This document shows, one piece after another, positions 40,258-53,105 of a DNA stretch of 64,000 bases. The first letter of the stretch is position 1. The number at the start of each line of letters is the position of its first letter. The translations under genes were made by a program, and so were the position numbers. Below the pieces are notes generated by a model that saw only the letters and a program-made list of their open reading frames with translations, was not told where the DNA came from and made no database searches. The DNA is from Dicyema japonicum (taxonomy: Eukaryota > Animalia > Dicyemida), in NCBI GenBank assembly GCA_011109175.1, contig RDEW01000003.1, positions 2,253,991 through 2,317,990 of the forward strand, read 5' to 3'.

Positions 40258-42360
40258 TTCTCAAATAACTACAATTTAACATAATGTGCTAATTTAATGA
40301 GTTTATTGTTAAAATCAGTAATTTTCCATGTTCACGTGGGGAATTTGGATGCCAGTATCACTATGGCAACTAAAAGGAGCACAATTACTCCCATCTGGTC
40401 TCCGAGTTAGTGAGGCCGTGGCTACTTAACTAGCCAACTATAAGCTAGTAAACAGCTATCGTGATTGAGGACATTCTCTTTACGATTTGTATGCCTCAAT
40501 TAGCCATCCCCCTCTTGGCTGTCCCTCCTCTTTTGCTATCAACAATCCGATGGCACGTAGGAAGCGATTTGGATCTTAGAATCATCGAGGTTTTGGATGC
40601 GACGGCACAGAAAGTGCGTAACTGGGCGTTAGTCAACCATTAAGACGGATTTCTCTCACTTTGATGGATCATAGGGTTAGTTAACCTCAATGTGACAGTT
40701 TTCTTCCTACTGAGAAAAGGAGAAAAATAATGGGGGATAGTTCCAATAAATGTATTAGCGACAACCTAGAAACGTACGAACTATTAATGCGGATGACTGA
40801 TAGATCATCTGATGCTTCTCTAACTGCTAATATATTCCATGCGAATTAGAATAGAACAAGAGGGGGATAGATTCATAGTACTACATCAGACATTCACCAA
40901 AAGAGACGCATCGTCGACTCTACCACCTTCAACCAGTTTGAGTGACAAGATTGGTACCCCTCTAGTAAAGAATTTTCTAAATTCCATGGCATACTTATCT
41001 TAGTAACCTGGCCACACAACATACCTTGGTCTACGGTAGGCACATTCGTTTACTTATAGATGGGGATGTTTCTAAAATTCTATCCAGTCTAATCACATGA
41101 GGTAACTTTGACCTTGGCTATAACTTGGTCAGTGGCTATAACTTGGGTCACAGCATCTGACTGACTTAGAGTGATGAGTCACAATATCACACCAATGACA
41201 TCAATACACTCTCACTGACAGGAATATGACAGGCCCCATTGCAAAAAGGTGATGTTTAATGAATAATATACCTCTCCTTGTAGAAATAATACACACCAAA
41301 GTACACTTATGACAACCCTCCAATGGAATATGGAGTGATATATCCTTTTCGGATGCTGGCAAGGCATTGGCCGATTCAGGTGGATCTCATGAGGAAGAGA
41401 CACATTAAAAAGTTAAGAAAACAGTAATTTCCAATTAAAATTAGTATTATTATCATATTAGTTATGATTCCAGACGAATCTGCCTCAGTCGATAAAGACA
41501 GTAAGTGGCCGGTCCCCCAAGCGATAAAACAAAACAGAGAGCGTATGAAAACTTTTCCTATGTTATTATGCTACATTAGTAATACAATCTTCCTTTCTCT
41601 CAGATATCTTTTAAATAATTCTTCGTCAACTTGGGAATAGTTCCTTCTAATTATATTCCTTATTATCACACCACGCCACATAATATTATTAAAATATAAT
41701 AATATTTATTATTATTATTTAAATATTCTATATTTTGTTTATTTTTTTAATTTTCATATATTGGGGGACGATCGGGTTCGTCACTATTCCCTTTCTGCCC
41801 TCTTGACAAACAGGGTCATCTCTTCTCTTGATCCGCCTTCGAGTTCTGCGCTATCCCAGATACACCCGACGGATCTCTGAGAGCGTCCGCTTTTGGTAGT
41901 TACTTTCCTGTTAGCCACCGGTTTCCTTTACTCGAAGGGACAAGAAGTAAATAAATAACATATTGAGGATCAAATTTTGGTGAGGTTGACATGCCTCGTT
42001 CCTTGATTGGCTAGCATTTGAAACAAAATGCCCAGAAAGTGGAAGTTACAGGAAGATGCTGACAATCTAATATCCTTAGCTTCATGAGGGGCTTTAAGTC
42101 TTGTGAAAGTGGTCTTTAAATTAGGATATTGATTCTTACTTAATTATAATGGATAATTAGAACAATTTCACAATACAATTTTTATTAAAATTCCAATCAG
42201 TATATTTTGGCATCACATCAATTTTCTGAAAACATCACCCAAGCGCTCCAGCACGCAGAGACAGTAGGTAGCCATCCCAAGGGGCAGTCGATAAATCAAT
42301 AAAACCTGAAATGCCAATTACTATGTTATTATGTCACAGCAGCGAAACTTACATGATAAT

Positions 42361-43175
42361 TAGGGCAATTTTTGTCAATAAAGTCAAAAATTGATATGTT
42401 CTTTAAAATTGTTTAAAACTTATAAAAATGAAGTTTATAATTAAAAATATTGTTTGAGAGTATTGGAAATAATCTTCGTTCTACTTACGCTTGCCGAAAA
42501 AGTGCAGAAAATTTATGCCAGAATAGAATTAAGCTATTTTTGAGGTTTTATTGTCATTTATTATAGATCTGAAAAAATTCTTGATTGACGAAACTGATAT
42601 CCGAGGACGGAAATATGTCAATACACTTATTGGTAGAATTTCTGATCCAAGAAAATATTTTTAATATCTTGTCTCCCATTGTCTGCTGCGGCTAACTCTT
42701 CGATTATCTGTCAGATAATTGACAATCTTCTAAGGGATTTTGCGATAGATCGCGAGACGCTGTTGAACACATTCAGAAATTGCATTTCGTGGACGATTTA
42801 TGTGGAATCGTGATGTACTGGAATCAAGATTATTTGTCAATCAAGTGCTTTCTATCACAAAAGTGGAAAAAACAACATATTTCTCAAATGTATACAACTA
42901 TCTGAAAAAGTGTCCTTCCACATCATTATTTGTTGAGATTAGTTTTTCTTGGTTGGAAAAAATACTATCTAAAGGCCGAAATTTTAAACCCGAAAATGTT
43001 TTGAATTACATTATTCTGTATTTTAATAAAGATTTTGATTAGTTTTTTTATATTAAAAAAATAGATAAATTTATCATAAAGTCAAAAAAGTCAATATTTT
43101 GAAAATTTAAAGTCAATAAAGTCAATTTTTAGGTCAGAATTTCCGATTTATACAGTCAAAATAAAAATTGCCCTA
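42361..43175 (+). mobile_element. Non-autonomous hAT element with TIRs and 8-bp TSD
   Basis: TIRs tagggcaattttt/aaaaattgcccta; perfect TSD atgataat at 42353-42360 and 43176-43183; internal CPSTSLFVEISFS..RNFKPENV resembles the hAT dimerisation motif. Confidence 0.9.
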
Positions 43176-43916
43176 ATGATAATAAATAAGTCCTCACATA
43201 TTCCTACACGTCTTTTCGCTAAGTTCTTCCAGATTCTCGGTTGTAGGCTGGTTCATACTTCTAAGAATACCTATGCCGTCTCCAGTTGTAGCTGTTTGTT
43301 TCACACGTTGAAGATGTTTGACAAGATTATGTGCAATCGGCCATGAAATGCCGATTTTCCGTCCGTGGAATTACAGAAACGGCGTAGTTAACAGTTCTGT
43401 TGAGCCAAATCTCAGAACATGTCCAAATAGATGCCAGCATGCTACAGTAATGTCTAAAATGAGGACTGCTTCATGTAGCGTTCTTAATTTTTTTGGACCA
43501 GCAAATACAAATTATCAATCTTAGTTATCTGTCAATCGAATAACATTTCACGAGAGCCATAATATCCCCCATGTTCAGAAAAAACACAATTTTGGACGTC
43601 TATGTCTCCCACACTCCCATATAATTTGCTAGTAATCTCAATAAGTATAGGTCATCTGCCGATGTCAACTTATTTCAAGTCTTTTCCTAAGACAACTGGC
43701 TGAGTTACCCTTGGCCTTTGATAAAGGGCCCCTCCTGGCAGACATGTCCCCTCATAACTCCATTCTCAAGAAGCGTCCGACCAGTCTCCAGGGAGATTCA
43801 GTTATTTAACGAAGGAATGTTAAATAATAATAAATATTCGTCAAATATTAAGCTTCAACCACAATCATAATTAATATGTTAATAATTTATCTAATACAAA
43901 ATATCAGAAATTTGAT

Positions 43917-44567
43917 CTAGGAGGTCGGGGTGGAGGGGGGTTTACGAGAGTATCTCTGCGATTGTCCCCCTGACGGAGAAAACTGTTTAGAGAAGTGTGA
44001 GAATCTGCATTGAGACAACAAAGCGAACCACTTACAGGCCAGGGATCGTCAGGGAAGTAAACATTCTCTGAACTGGTCTGACACTGCTAATAAAAAGTAT
44101 TCACAACAGATGTCGGGGTGGACCACACGTGATTAGGTTGACGTGGAACTTCCAGAGTATTCTTGGGGACCACGGCTTCAGCAACCTGAAGACCCTTTGC
44201 CTTCTCAGTCAATGAGACAATCAGGTCATTTAAGTCTTGGAGCCCTGACTAACAGTTATAGAAAACAGCAACAGCAACAGGAGACATAGTAGTCTTTGTG
44301 TAGATTTGATATCTGAGGTCCTGTGTGGTTTTGCAGAGGTTGAAATGCTGGATTAAAAAAACTCGGTACCTGAACCAGCAACTGAGAAATAGCAGTCTGA
44401 TTGGACGTATTTTGTCTCATAATCTTAAATAGAGACTCTTTTAACAGTCCCAGGCCTCTATTGAGCTCATTTGGATCGTTGATGCTTTGGTACTTGAAAA
44501 TAAGAATCATGACAACATTGTTGACAAAATAATCAATAGAGCTGTTAGCTGATTCTTTAGTTTCCAT
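43917..44567 (-). CDS. Hypothetical protein (~180 aa) with micro-introns
   Basis: Removing 4-5 GT-AG introns of 21-24 nt gives one open frame METKESANSS..SRKPPSTPTS*; an AT island lies upstream. Confidence 0.6.
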
Positions 44568-45544
44568 TAAATAAATGAATTTTGATAATCCCAACGCAAA
44601 TAAATGAATCGAAAATCGTTTAATTTAATATATTTAAACAATTTTTATATTTAGTTTTTTTTTAATATAACAAAATCATTTATTTTTTAACATTTTTTAT
44701 CGAGGCCTAGTGTGGTTTACCAGTAATGTAAGTTCTGGTGGTGGCCAAATGGAACCTAATACATTTTGAAAAATGTATTATTCTTTCCACTCTACTGGGA
44801 GACGATCCCCTATCCCAGTTGCACATTCCAACCTCAAAATGTTCTCATACCGGTAAAAATCATTCCTTTTGTATTCATAGAGCTATTTTATGATAGACTA
44901 TCTCCCCTATCTGAATTGGGTGAGGTCCTGACCCTGGAGATATAAACGCCAATCACCCCCTTATTGCTGTCATGCCAACCCTCTGACGTATGAGGACAAT
45001 TGTTTCTATTGTAGATGGGGTACACTGACAACTGAAGACTGGGTTTTACTCCATCGGAGCACACAAGGCTTTCATCAGTGTTGGGGAAGATTCTTTCTTG
45101 GAAAGTTTTCCGAACAGAATTCTCTGGTACGTTCAACCTCTGGCTGACTCACTTCCTTGGCTATCGGAGGAGCCGTGTTTGTATCGAACATTCAAAGTCT
45201 CTTTCTCGGCTTCTTTCTAACGACGTTTTCCAAGGATCCAATTTTATACGAACACGTTTTCTTGTATGCCCAGAATTTACAAATCACGAAAAGCTACTGT
45301 AAGCGAATATTCAAAAGATCTCTGTTTTAAAAAATCAGGAACTGTCGATTACGCCAAAAGACAGTGAAATTCACTAAAAACATTTTGTTACGGGGAATCC
45401 GCAAAGCATATGTTGTTTTCAGTTTACTTAGCATTTGTTAGTAATATAGATCTGGTTCATGTTTAAATGGTCCAACCGAAACCTCGGGGATCATTGGGAG
45501 TAGCTCATTAACCCTGCTTAATTGTATCGGGTCGAAGTGGAAAA

Positions 45545-45640
45545 GAGATAAGTGAGAGCGAAGGTGGCTCATTGAGTCTATTTCCTTACAAATCGTGAGG
45601 GGATATGAGGTTTACAATTTTGAGAGAAGCAGCCCTTAAT
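45545..45640 (+). mobile_element. Old CRE 3'-end fragment
   Basis: tggctcattgagtctatttccttacaaatcgtgaggggat resembles 29746-29785. Confidence 0.6.
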
Positions 45641-45844
45641 TAAAAGATATATGTCACATGGGTGGCTTGAACAGATCTTATGTGGAATCGATCCTGAAGA
45701 TGTAGGGAATCAAAATGAATGGGTGTCGATTCTAGAATATGCAGTTTACTGCTACAATACGACAATGCCAAATATTCTGATACTTGTGAAATAGTCTCTA
45801 TCTTATCTAATTCACGTGTAAAGGTATTTTTATTATTAATTAAA

Positions 45845-46047
45845 TTCTTGCAAGAACTCGGAGGATTGCTTGCCAGAAAAAAAAGGGATCAACGAGAAGG
45901 GTTATGGCTAAGACAAAAGATTGGAATAGCCATACTCCGAGGGAACTCGTTCGCAATCCACGCAGCAGGCTTCCTCAACTGATATTTGTTTAATTGTTTA
46001 AAAAAAATAATAAAATAATTATTTTAAATAAAATATCTTTAAATTAA
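45845..46047 (+). mobile_element. Young, severely 5'-truncated CRE copy with a 20-bp TSD
   Basis: Near-identical to the reverse complement of 2480-2637; flanked by aaaggtatttttattattaa at 45820-45839 and 46048-46067. Confidence 0.85.
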
Positions 46048-46608
46048 AAAGGTATTTTTATTATTAAATTTATTTATAGGTTAAATTTTCTGATGGAAAA
46101 ATAAAATCGGTCTTAATGTCAAGACTTTAAAAATAATTGTTTTTTATAATTTTAAATAAATTATTTGTTAAATCTAGCAATTGATATCTTATTACCATGG
46201 AAACACGTAAAAAAATAGGTTGCCCATAGGCTTCAGGTTGCCAATGTGACAATATATTTAGTTAATTTTAAATAGTAACAATTTATTTAAATTTAAATAA
46301 TGTCAAAACAACCTAATTATAAATAACTAGGACGAAAAAATGGCGAAGGCGTTACTTCTGTTAATCTCCATTTCGAGTTTTTGCCTCAACCAGAATTTCT
46401 TTCGTGGCTTACACCTTTTTGAGGCGAGTTTGCTTCCAAAGTTTTAACTGTTTCTCTTTATTGTAAGATTGACAGCCGAAACTGAAGTAATTCATTGAGA
46501 TCCTAAAGTCACGAAGGCTTTAATTATATTTTGCCAGCGAGATTCGATCAAATAGCCAGCAACGCCTGTGGAGATCTCCAGTGCGTGTAGAAATTTGACT
46601 CCCCTGAC

Positions 46609-47451
46609 CAGGGGTCGGCAATTTTTTAAGTCAAAAACCAATTTTTTTTGTTTTTGGCAATTAAAACAACTTAAAGAGCTACTTTTTTAAAAACAAAATA
46701 ATATTTTTAACAATTCAACAAATGTGAACGATTTATTTTTTTAAATAAATAAAACATAAAAAAATTATATTAATCTAATTAATGAGATAATTGACCTTGC
46801 ATTTTTTTCGCCAATGGTGGAATTACATCAGCTTGTTGCATTGACAAATTCAAGACATCTTTTAGCTCTATTCGCAGTTGTTTTTGTGTGTAACGGTGTA
46901 TTTTTAATTTGATTTGAAATCTCTGTTTTATTCTTAAAATTTTGGAATAGTTTTTGTGACAATTTTAGAAAACAGGATTTGATGTATTCTGTAAGTGGTT
47001 TTCCCATTTTTGCAATCTCATGACTGAAGATAATACTTCCAATATTAGTAGTCCAGGCAGACTGCTTTCAATAATTAAATGTTGAACTTTCAATTTTAAT
47101 ATTTTTGGAGCTCTTCCACAGCTAGTTTTTGTGCATCGCCAGTTTGATTTTTTCTTGAAAAATAACAATGCTTTGAATTAGTGTCTCTGGATTTGACTCT
47201 TTGTTGTAATTGAATGGTTCGTGGAAAAAAAGAAATTTAGAAAGGTGATCTGATGACAAAAGTCTCGGTCCATTAAGGTCGAACAAGACGTTTTCTATCA
47301 ATTTTTATATATTTTCTTATTTATAGCCATAATTGCCATAAACAGAATTATAATTTTTGGAAAAATGTTTTTATTGGAGGTGTAAATAATCATTTGGAAT
47401 AATTGAAAGAGCCACATGAAAAACTCAAAGAGCCACGGTTGCCGACCCCTG
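46609..47451. mobile_element. Non-autonomous hAT (Charlie-type) element
   Basis: TIRs caggggtcggcaa/ttgccgacccctg; imperfect 8-bp TSD cccctgac/ccctagac; aaagagcc subterminal repeats. Confidence 0.85.
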
Positions 47452-48939
47452 CCCTAGACGATCCAGGAATTCAAGCGTCGAGAGCGCAATTTTTAGGTTT
47501 AAATCAGATGTTTCCAAAATGATATAGTGATCCCCTTGTTGTTGAAATATGTCATAAAATCCATTTGATAGCGGTAGACTCAGGTATTATAGAAAATTCC
47601 AAATATCAAAATTTTGTAAATTAACAGTATTGAAGTAATATTTTATTTCATGAGTAAACCTATATTTTTAATGTTAAAAAATCTAACAATGAATAATTAA
47701 AATATTATATTCAAAATAATAAAGATGTCTATGTTCATTAAATTTTAAACATATTTATTGTAAAAATTTAACCGTGTGGTGGCATGTGACTACTTGATTG
47801 AAGATTTCTCTACGTTCTTTATCGGATTTACCGGCATTCAAAAAGATCCGTCTCTCACAACTGGGAGACTATTTCGCTCACTGACGAATAGTTCAGACTT
47901 CGACCTCAGCTTCCCGGAAAATGTCTTCTGTATTATTTTACCTTGATAAGTGCTCTAGTGGAAGACGTTAGGATCATGGGATTAGAGAGATTGGTTTTAC
48001 CGTTATTTTTGGAATAATTTAATTTTGAGTAAGAGGATTGGTAATAACGGAGTATAACTGGAGACCGTTCGGACATATCTTATGGATGGACTTGATCTCC
48101 TTACCAAATGTAGCCACGGGAGGTATGTTTGGCAGGAAGGGTGTTTTCGTAAAAGACCAAGAGTAACTTTGCCAGTAGTATTAGGAAATGACCCGAAGAC
48201 AATGAAAAAGAAATCATCCTCGGATGACAGACTCATTCAGGTCGTAGCTAACAATCGAGGAATGTGAATGATGTTGACATCTAAACTGCACCTTTTGCCC
48301 ACATCCAAAGTATTATGGTTGATTTTTGGGCCATTTCTAACAAATAGCAGACGTAACATTAGAATTAAGGTTAGTTTAGTAACAGAAAGTCTATCAGTTT
48401 GATTTATAAGAGATAGCCGCAAAGGTAGCCAACAATGACTGTTGGAAGGGTAGTAAAATATTTTATCCTAAGAGACTATCTCAATTTGAACGACTTCACA
48501 AAAATATGGATCTTCTGGAAGATCTAGGACGTCTTATAGAAAACTTGAGATGTGAAGGAATACAAAGTATTAAATTTCTCTAAAATAGATTACGACGATT
48601 CACGCAGACTGAATAGTCTCCAATCCAAATACGTATGCTAAGTAATTATTTTAGAATAAAACTTTAAGAAGAGTTCGAAGGGACATGAGAGGATACGAGT
48701 TTCTTTAGTATTTTATGTTTTAGCATATTCATTCCAATGAATCCTACGAATAGACGAACTCCGCGTTATTAAGCAGCCATAGTTTTGAGGATTAATTAGT
48801 TTGAGTTAATTTATTTTATTATAAGGAAAAATAATTTATTTGAGTTAATTATTTTATTAATTGTTAATTATTGATTATTTTTAAAATTAATTATTAAATA
48901 CTTTAAATAATAAATAAATAAACTTTAAATTCATATAAT

Positions 48940-50485
48940 GAACGTTCAACAGTCATGGAGGCTCGGGTGGTGTTGTATCCTGCCCCTTAGACGTCGAAGA
49001 AAATCCTGTACCAGATCTCTTCTAATGCAAGTTAACATCTGGACGATAATTACCGAACGACAACGCTATCTCTTCAAACATTCAGTGGATATAGCTCTCT
49101 TCCAATAGCTAAACTTAAACCCACGACGGCCAACCCTCAACTTTTCCGCGATATTCAGTTTTCTTACGAGACAGAATTCATGGAAGGGATGGAGATCTCA
49201 TTAAACTAATCGGGAACTCTGCCACCAGGACGAGACAGTGGAGCAACAAACTCTGAGATTCCGCCTACCCTCTCTCCGATTGATAATAGTTAATATGTAC
49301 ATACCCCCTCCACCATCATGCCTCAGTGGCTACCCCCCATACTCATGCGATTCACCCGGTTGGAAAACACGCTAATTGGCGGTGACCTAAACAAAGAGTT
49401 CTATGTTGTATGCTAGCCAACAACTGGATCGACGTGGACCCCTAATATCCGACAGTTTTGAGGACTTGATCATTCTCAATAAACCAATCAAACACACAGG
49501 GATCCCTTCCCATCGTGGCTCTCTTACCGAAATTTATTTCTTCTTCTCTTGGGGGGTCATTTCATTGGATGTTATATATGACTACTTACTGACCATAACC
49601 CAATCATCATGAGAATCCCACAAAAAACAAATGTTAAAGAATACTCCGAGAACCAATGCTAACTCACGTGCAGTGTGGTCCGCATTCACATACTTCATCC
49701 AGCAAAACCTTCACGGCTTCCGGATAAAGGATTTCAGCTCTAACACCTCAACGAAATTATACTCCGAGCTCGCAAAAGATTCATTTCGACGGGTCATCAA
49801 AACCATGGTCGAAGGAATAAATGTCCCACCATGATTTTCTTCGACCCTTCAATGGTGCAATCAGTAATCAGGAAAATAAATAACTCGTCGTCCCACGGTT
49901 CAGACAATATCTCCATTCTCGAACTGAAACACCTTGGTCCTTCCGCGACGGTTGCAACAACACTTATACACCCTACTGGTTCTTCTAAAGATCCGTCCTT
50001 CCGTAACTCTACCATCTTTCCTACACGGATTCCACGAAGGACACTCATCAACAACTCATTTAACAAAACTGGTCCAATTCATCTCTGAAGGCCTGAATAC
50101 TCCAAATCCACACGAGAGAACCTTGCGGCACTGAGCAAACTGGAAGTGTTACAAAACCGATGTCTCAGGATATTATTGATATTGTCGAAAAAAACCACAT
50201 AGTTACTACTTCACTAAAAGTCCCCCAATCATGGAATACCTTACGGGATACCATCGAGACTTCTTTAAGGTGGCAGAGTCTCCTGACCATCCCCACGGGC
50301 CGGACATCAAACTACATCTGGACGCCTGTCGTAGATACGAGAAGAAACCTTCCCATGTGTAGAGATTAATCCAGGACTCCAAAACTAACCCCAGGAGAAG
50401 GCCTGGTATGGACTCTTGGATCACTTAACTTGGACGATAACTCTTGTCCTCTTTCTTGTGATTCCGGGGTTAATAAATTAAAATG
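48940..50485 (+). mobile_element. Degenerate, internally deleted Vingi-like LINE
   Basis: DVEENPVP 2A relic at 48990, APE relics (NMYIPP, LIGGDLN), GSDNISILELKHLGP, 3' motif ggatcacttaa..ccggggttaataaa. Confidence 0.75.
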
Positions 50486-51111
50486 TAACGAACAGGAAGC
50501 TTGTGGGGAAGTCGGGTGCGTATTTGTCCAGCGTACAAAAAATCGCCTAAAAATGGGGATAAAGAGAATACATAGATTCCCGAGAGAATCACAGGGAAAT
50601 GATGAGGTCGATAATGAGAGAGGCTGAGATCACCTGATTGCCTTCTCTCATTATTAGCTAATCCCCCACTGTCTACTTAGTCGCGTGTCAACTAAAATCG
50701 CATCACTATTTCCTTTCTCGATGATGCCTTGGCAAAATTCGGAATTATAAATGCACGTGCTAAAATATGTGAGCAATTAACTGTTTTCGACGAATCGTTA
50801 GTGCCAAAATTATTGAATAGAAAAGTTCTTCAAATTGCCCAAATTATAAACACTGGAGTCCACTTTGAAATCTGGGGGCTACATGTTGCGTGCTATATTG
50901 TTCGGCAGATTAACTGGAATTTACGTGAAAGTTTGTGCATTGAAGAAAAAACTGATTATAAAAGTCATGTTTGTTGGGAATTAAAGAACTGTTATGAATC
51001 CACACAACCATGAGCTGAAGCATCATCATTAGGGTTATAATTAGACTAAGGGGTGGATAATAGAAAAATTGGCGGAACTATCGAAATTCTTATTCGAGGT
51101 TACAAAAACCG

Positions 51112-51433
51112 GCCTTCTGGCTGAATATAACGTCTGATGACATCGGATCTGAAGGTCGTGGGTTCAAATCCGAAAGATGAAGTCTTCAGCGAAGATCAAT
51201 TCTTGTCAAACAGATTCCACCCGTGAGGCGACGAGGAATGAAGTGATGTCCGCGACTGTAGGACGTGGGACAAAACTCTCTTCGGAAGCGGAAGCCTGTA
51301 ATAAAGTATTGGAAGATGGATTTGGTCGGCACAAGCAGATGTTCTCCCTTTGGTTCCTTCCTTGGATTAGTTAGTTATGACTGTTTGTGCTGGGCTTACA
51401 ATGGTAAGTCTGGGGTTAATAATAATAATAAAA
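51112..51433 (+). mobile_element. tRNA-derived SINE, family B, with LINE-like 3' tail
   Basis: A-box-like tggctgaat, B-box ggttcaaatcc at 51161, 3' hairpin gggcttac-aatg-gtaagtct, then ggggtt(aat)n. The tail also occurs at ~5605-5650. Confidence 0.65.
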
Positions 51434-51502
51434 CCGGATAAAAGTATCTGGGGCTTAAAAGATTACTTTGAGTTTGATTGATTCCTTGTGGAGACTGAAC
51501 TC

Positions 51503-51573
51503 CTTTTTGTTGGCTGAGTCCTTCTGTAGACGATCCGGTTTCGCAGTTCACTGATGAAGGCGTACTCGTCAAG
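51503..51573 (-). mobile_element. SINE family A, 3' fragment
   Basis: gagtccttctgtagacgatccggtttcgcagttcactgatgaaggcgtactcgtcaa aligns with 63722-63784. Confidence 0.6.
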
Positions 51574-51637
51574 TCAGAATAAATATGGATTGACTAAATC
51601 AATGGTGTATGGTCATTTGTGGGAAATAAATAGCTTA

Positions 51638-51740
51638 ACGGCATTTTTGTCAATAAAGTCAAAAATTCATGTTCATTAAAATTGTTTAAAACTTCAGAAA
51701 AGTAGTTTTATAAAAAAAGTTATAAAGTCATAAAATGTCA
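51638..51740 (+). mobile_element. Left-end fragment of the 42361 hAT family
   Basis: ggcatttttgtcaataaagtcaaaaattcatgttcattaaaattgtttaaaac. Confidence 0.7.
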
Positions 51741-52132
51741 AGAATTTTAGGCAGAGCCAAATTGGTCAAATTTAATTTTTGACCAATTCCAAATTCAATC
51801 ACCATAGCAACGGAGATCAACTGGAAAACTCATTGGGTCTTCAAAGTGTCTCTCGTTTCATACTCAGTGCCTCTCTTCCCTCCTTTATTACTGTGGGGGG
51901 TCACATGATCCACTTGTTTCAAGAAACGCTTGGTAGGCCGGTATAAAAGTGATAATGCTTCCCCATTACACTTGATCATACCTCTTGGTTCCCGTAACTG
52001 TTGATCTAGTGGAATTGTATGCTTGGAAGGACTTGTTCGCTAGGACCATGGGACAGAGCACTTATGTTAAAGATAATAAATTAAGGAAGATGACGTAGAA
52101 CCACAAAGAACGAAAATTCCACATTATTAATG

Positions 52133-52380
52133 GGGCAATTTTTATAGCAATTAAAATTTAAAGTATAGCACTTAAAAAGTAGCATTATAGCATTTATAAA
52201 CCACAAAATACAGAAATTTAAAAATTGTAGCACTTAAAATTTTTAATTTTTGAAAAAAATTATAGCATTTATTATTTTTATAGCATTTATTTATAGAATT
52301 TATAGCATTAAATAAATTAAAAATTATATTTTTGAATTATTCAGATTAAGAAAAACAAAAAATTATAGCATTTAAATGGC
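52133..52380 (+). repeat. hAT-like terminus with multiple tatagca(t/c)tt subterminal repeats
   Basis: Starts gggcaattttt; about 10 copies of tagca(t/c)tt within 250 bp. Confidence 0.55.
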
Positions 52381-52670
52381 AATATGACTAGTTATGACAA
52401 TGTAACATTATTGTCCGCAAAAGTAGCCACAAATTTATTGGATTAGTCATAAATCATAAAATATTATGTTGGCTCAGTCTTCTCGATCAAAAAATGCACC
52501 GATCATTCTAACTCATGTGTCCATAATAGTTATTATCCCAGACCGACAAAAGTCCACAAAGGTTAAATTAAATAAACCGCTCAAAGAGAAAAACTAATGA
52601 ATATATAATTAAATTAAACTTAAATAATATTATTTTATTTATATTTAAATTTATATATAACAATTTAAAT

Positions 52671-53105
52671 ATGTTTTTCACCACAGAATGGAGAGGATTA
52701 GTAGTTTTATTCAAACATTTTAAACTGAGGACAGAGAAAGGTATAGTAGTCTCTACCAATAAGATTTGTACATCACTATTGCCGTGACAATTCTGCTAAC
52801 TTTTATTTTCGAGTTTTTGAGATCAATTAGTGCTATTTTTAAGGAAAAGTACCCAATACAGAGGTTTGTGAAATATTCATGGCAGTTATTCCAAAGCATT
52901 GTCGTCCCCCACTCATTACTTTGATGCCCTTTTGTTGGTTGTGAGAATACTCATAAGCTATATTTTAATGCTGTTGTTTATGCTTTATAATTATTACATT
53001 TGTGGGGCTATGCTTGTTGGCTATTTAGTCTCCGTGGTTTTCATTACTCCCCTCGGATTCAAGAAGAGTGGTGGTTACATTAATTTGGACGAAATGTCTC
53101 TTTAA
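52671..53105 (+). CDS. CTR/SLC31 copper transporter
   Basis: MFF..VLFKHF, TM1 ending FEFL, ISYILMLLFMLYN (MxxxM motif), GAMLVG in TM3; two introns of 23 and 22 nt. Confidence 0.88.
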
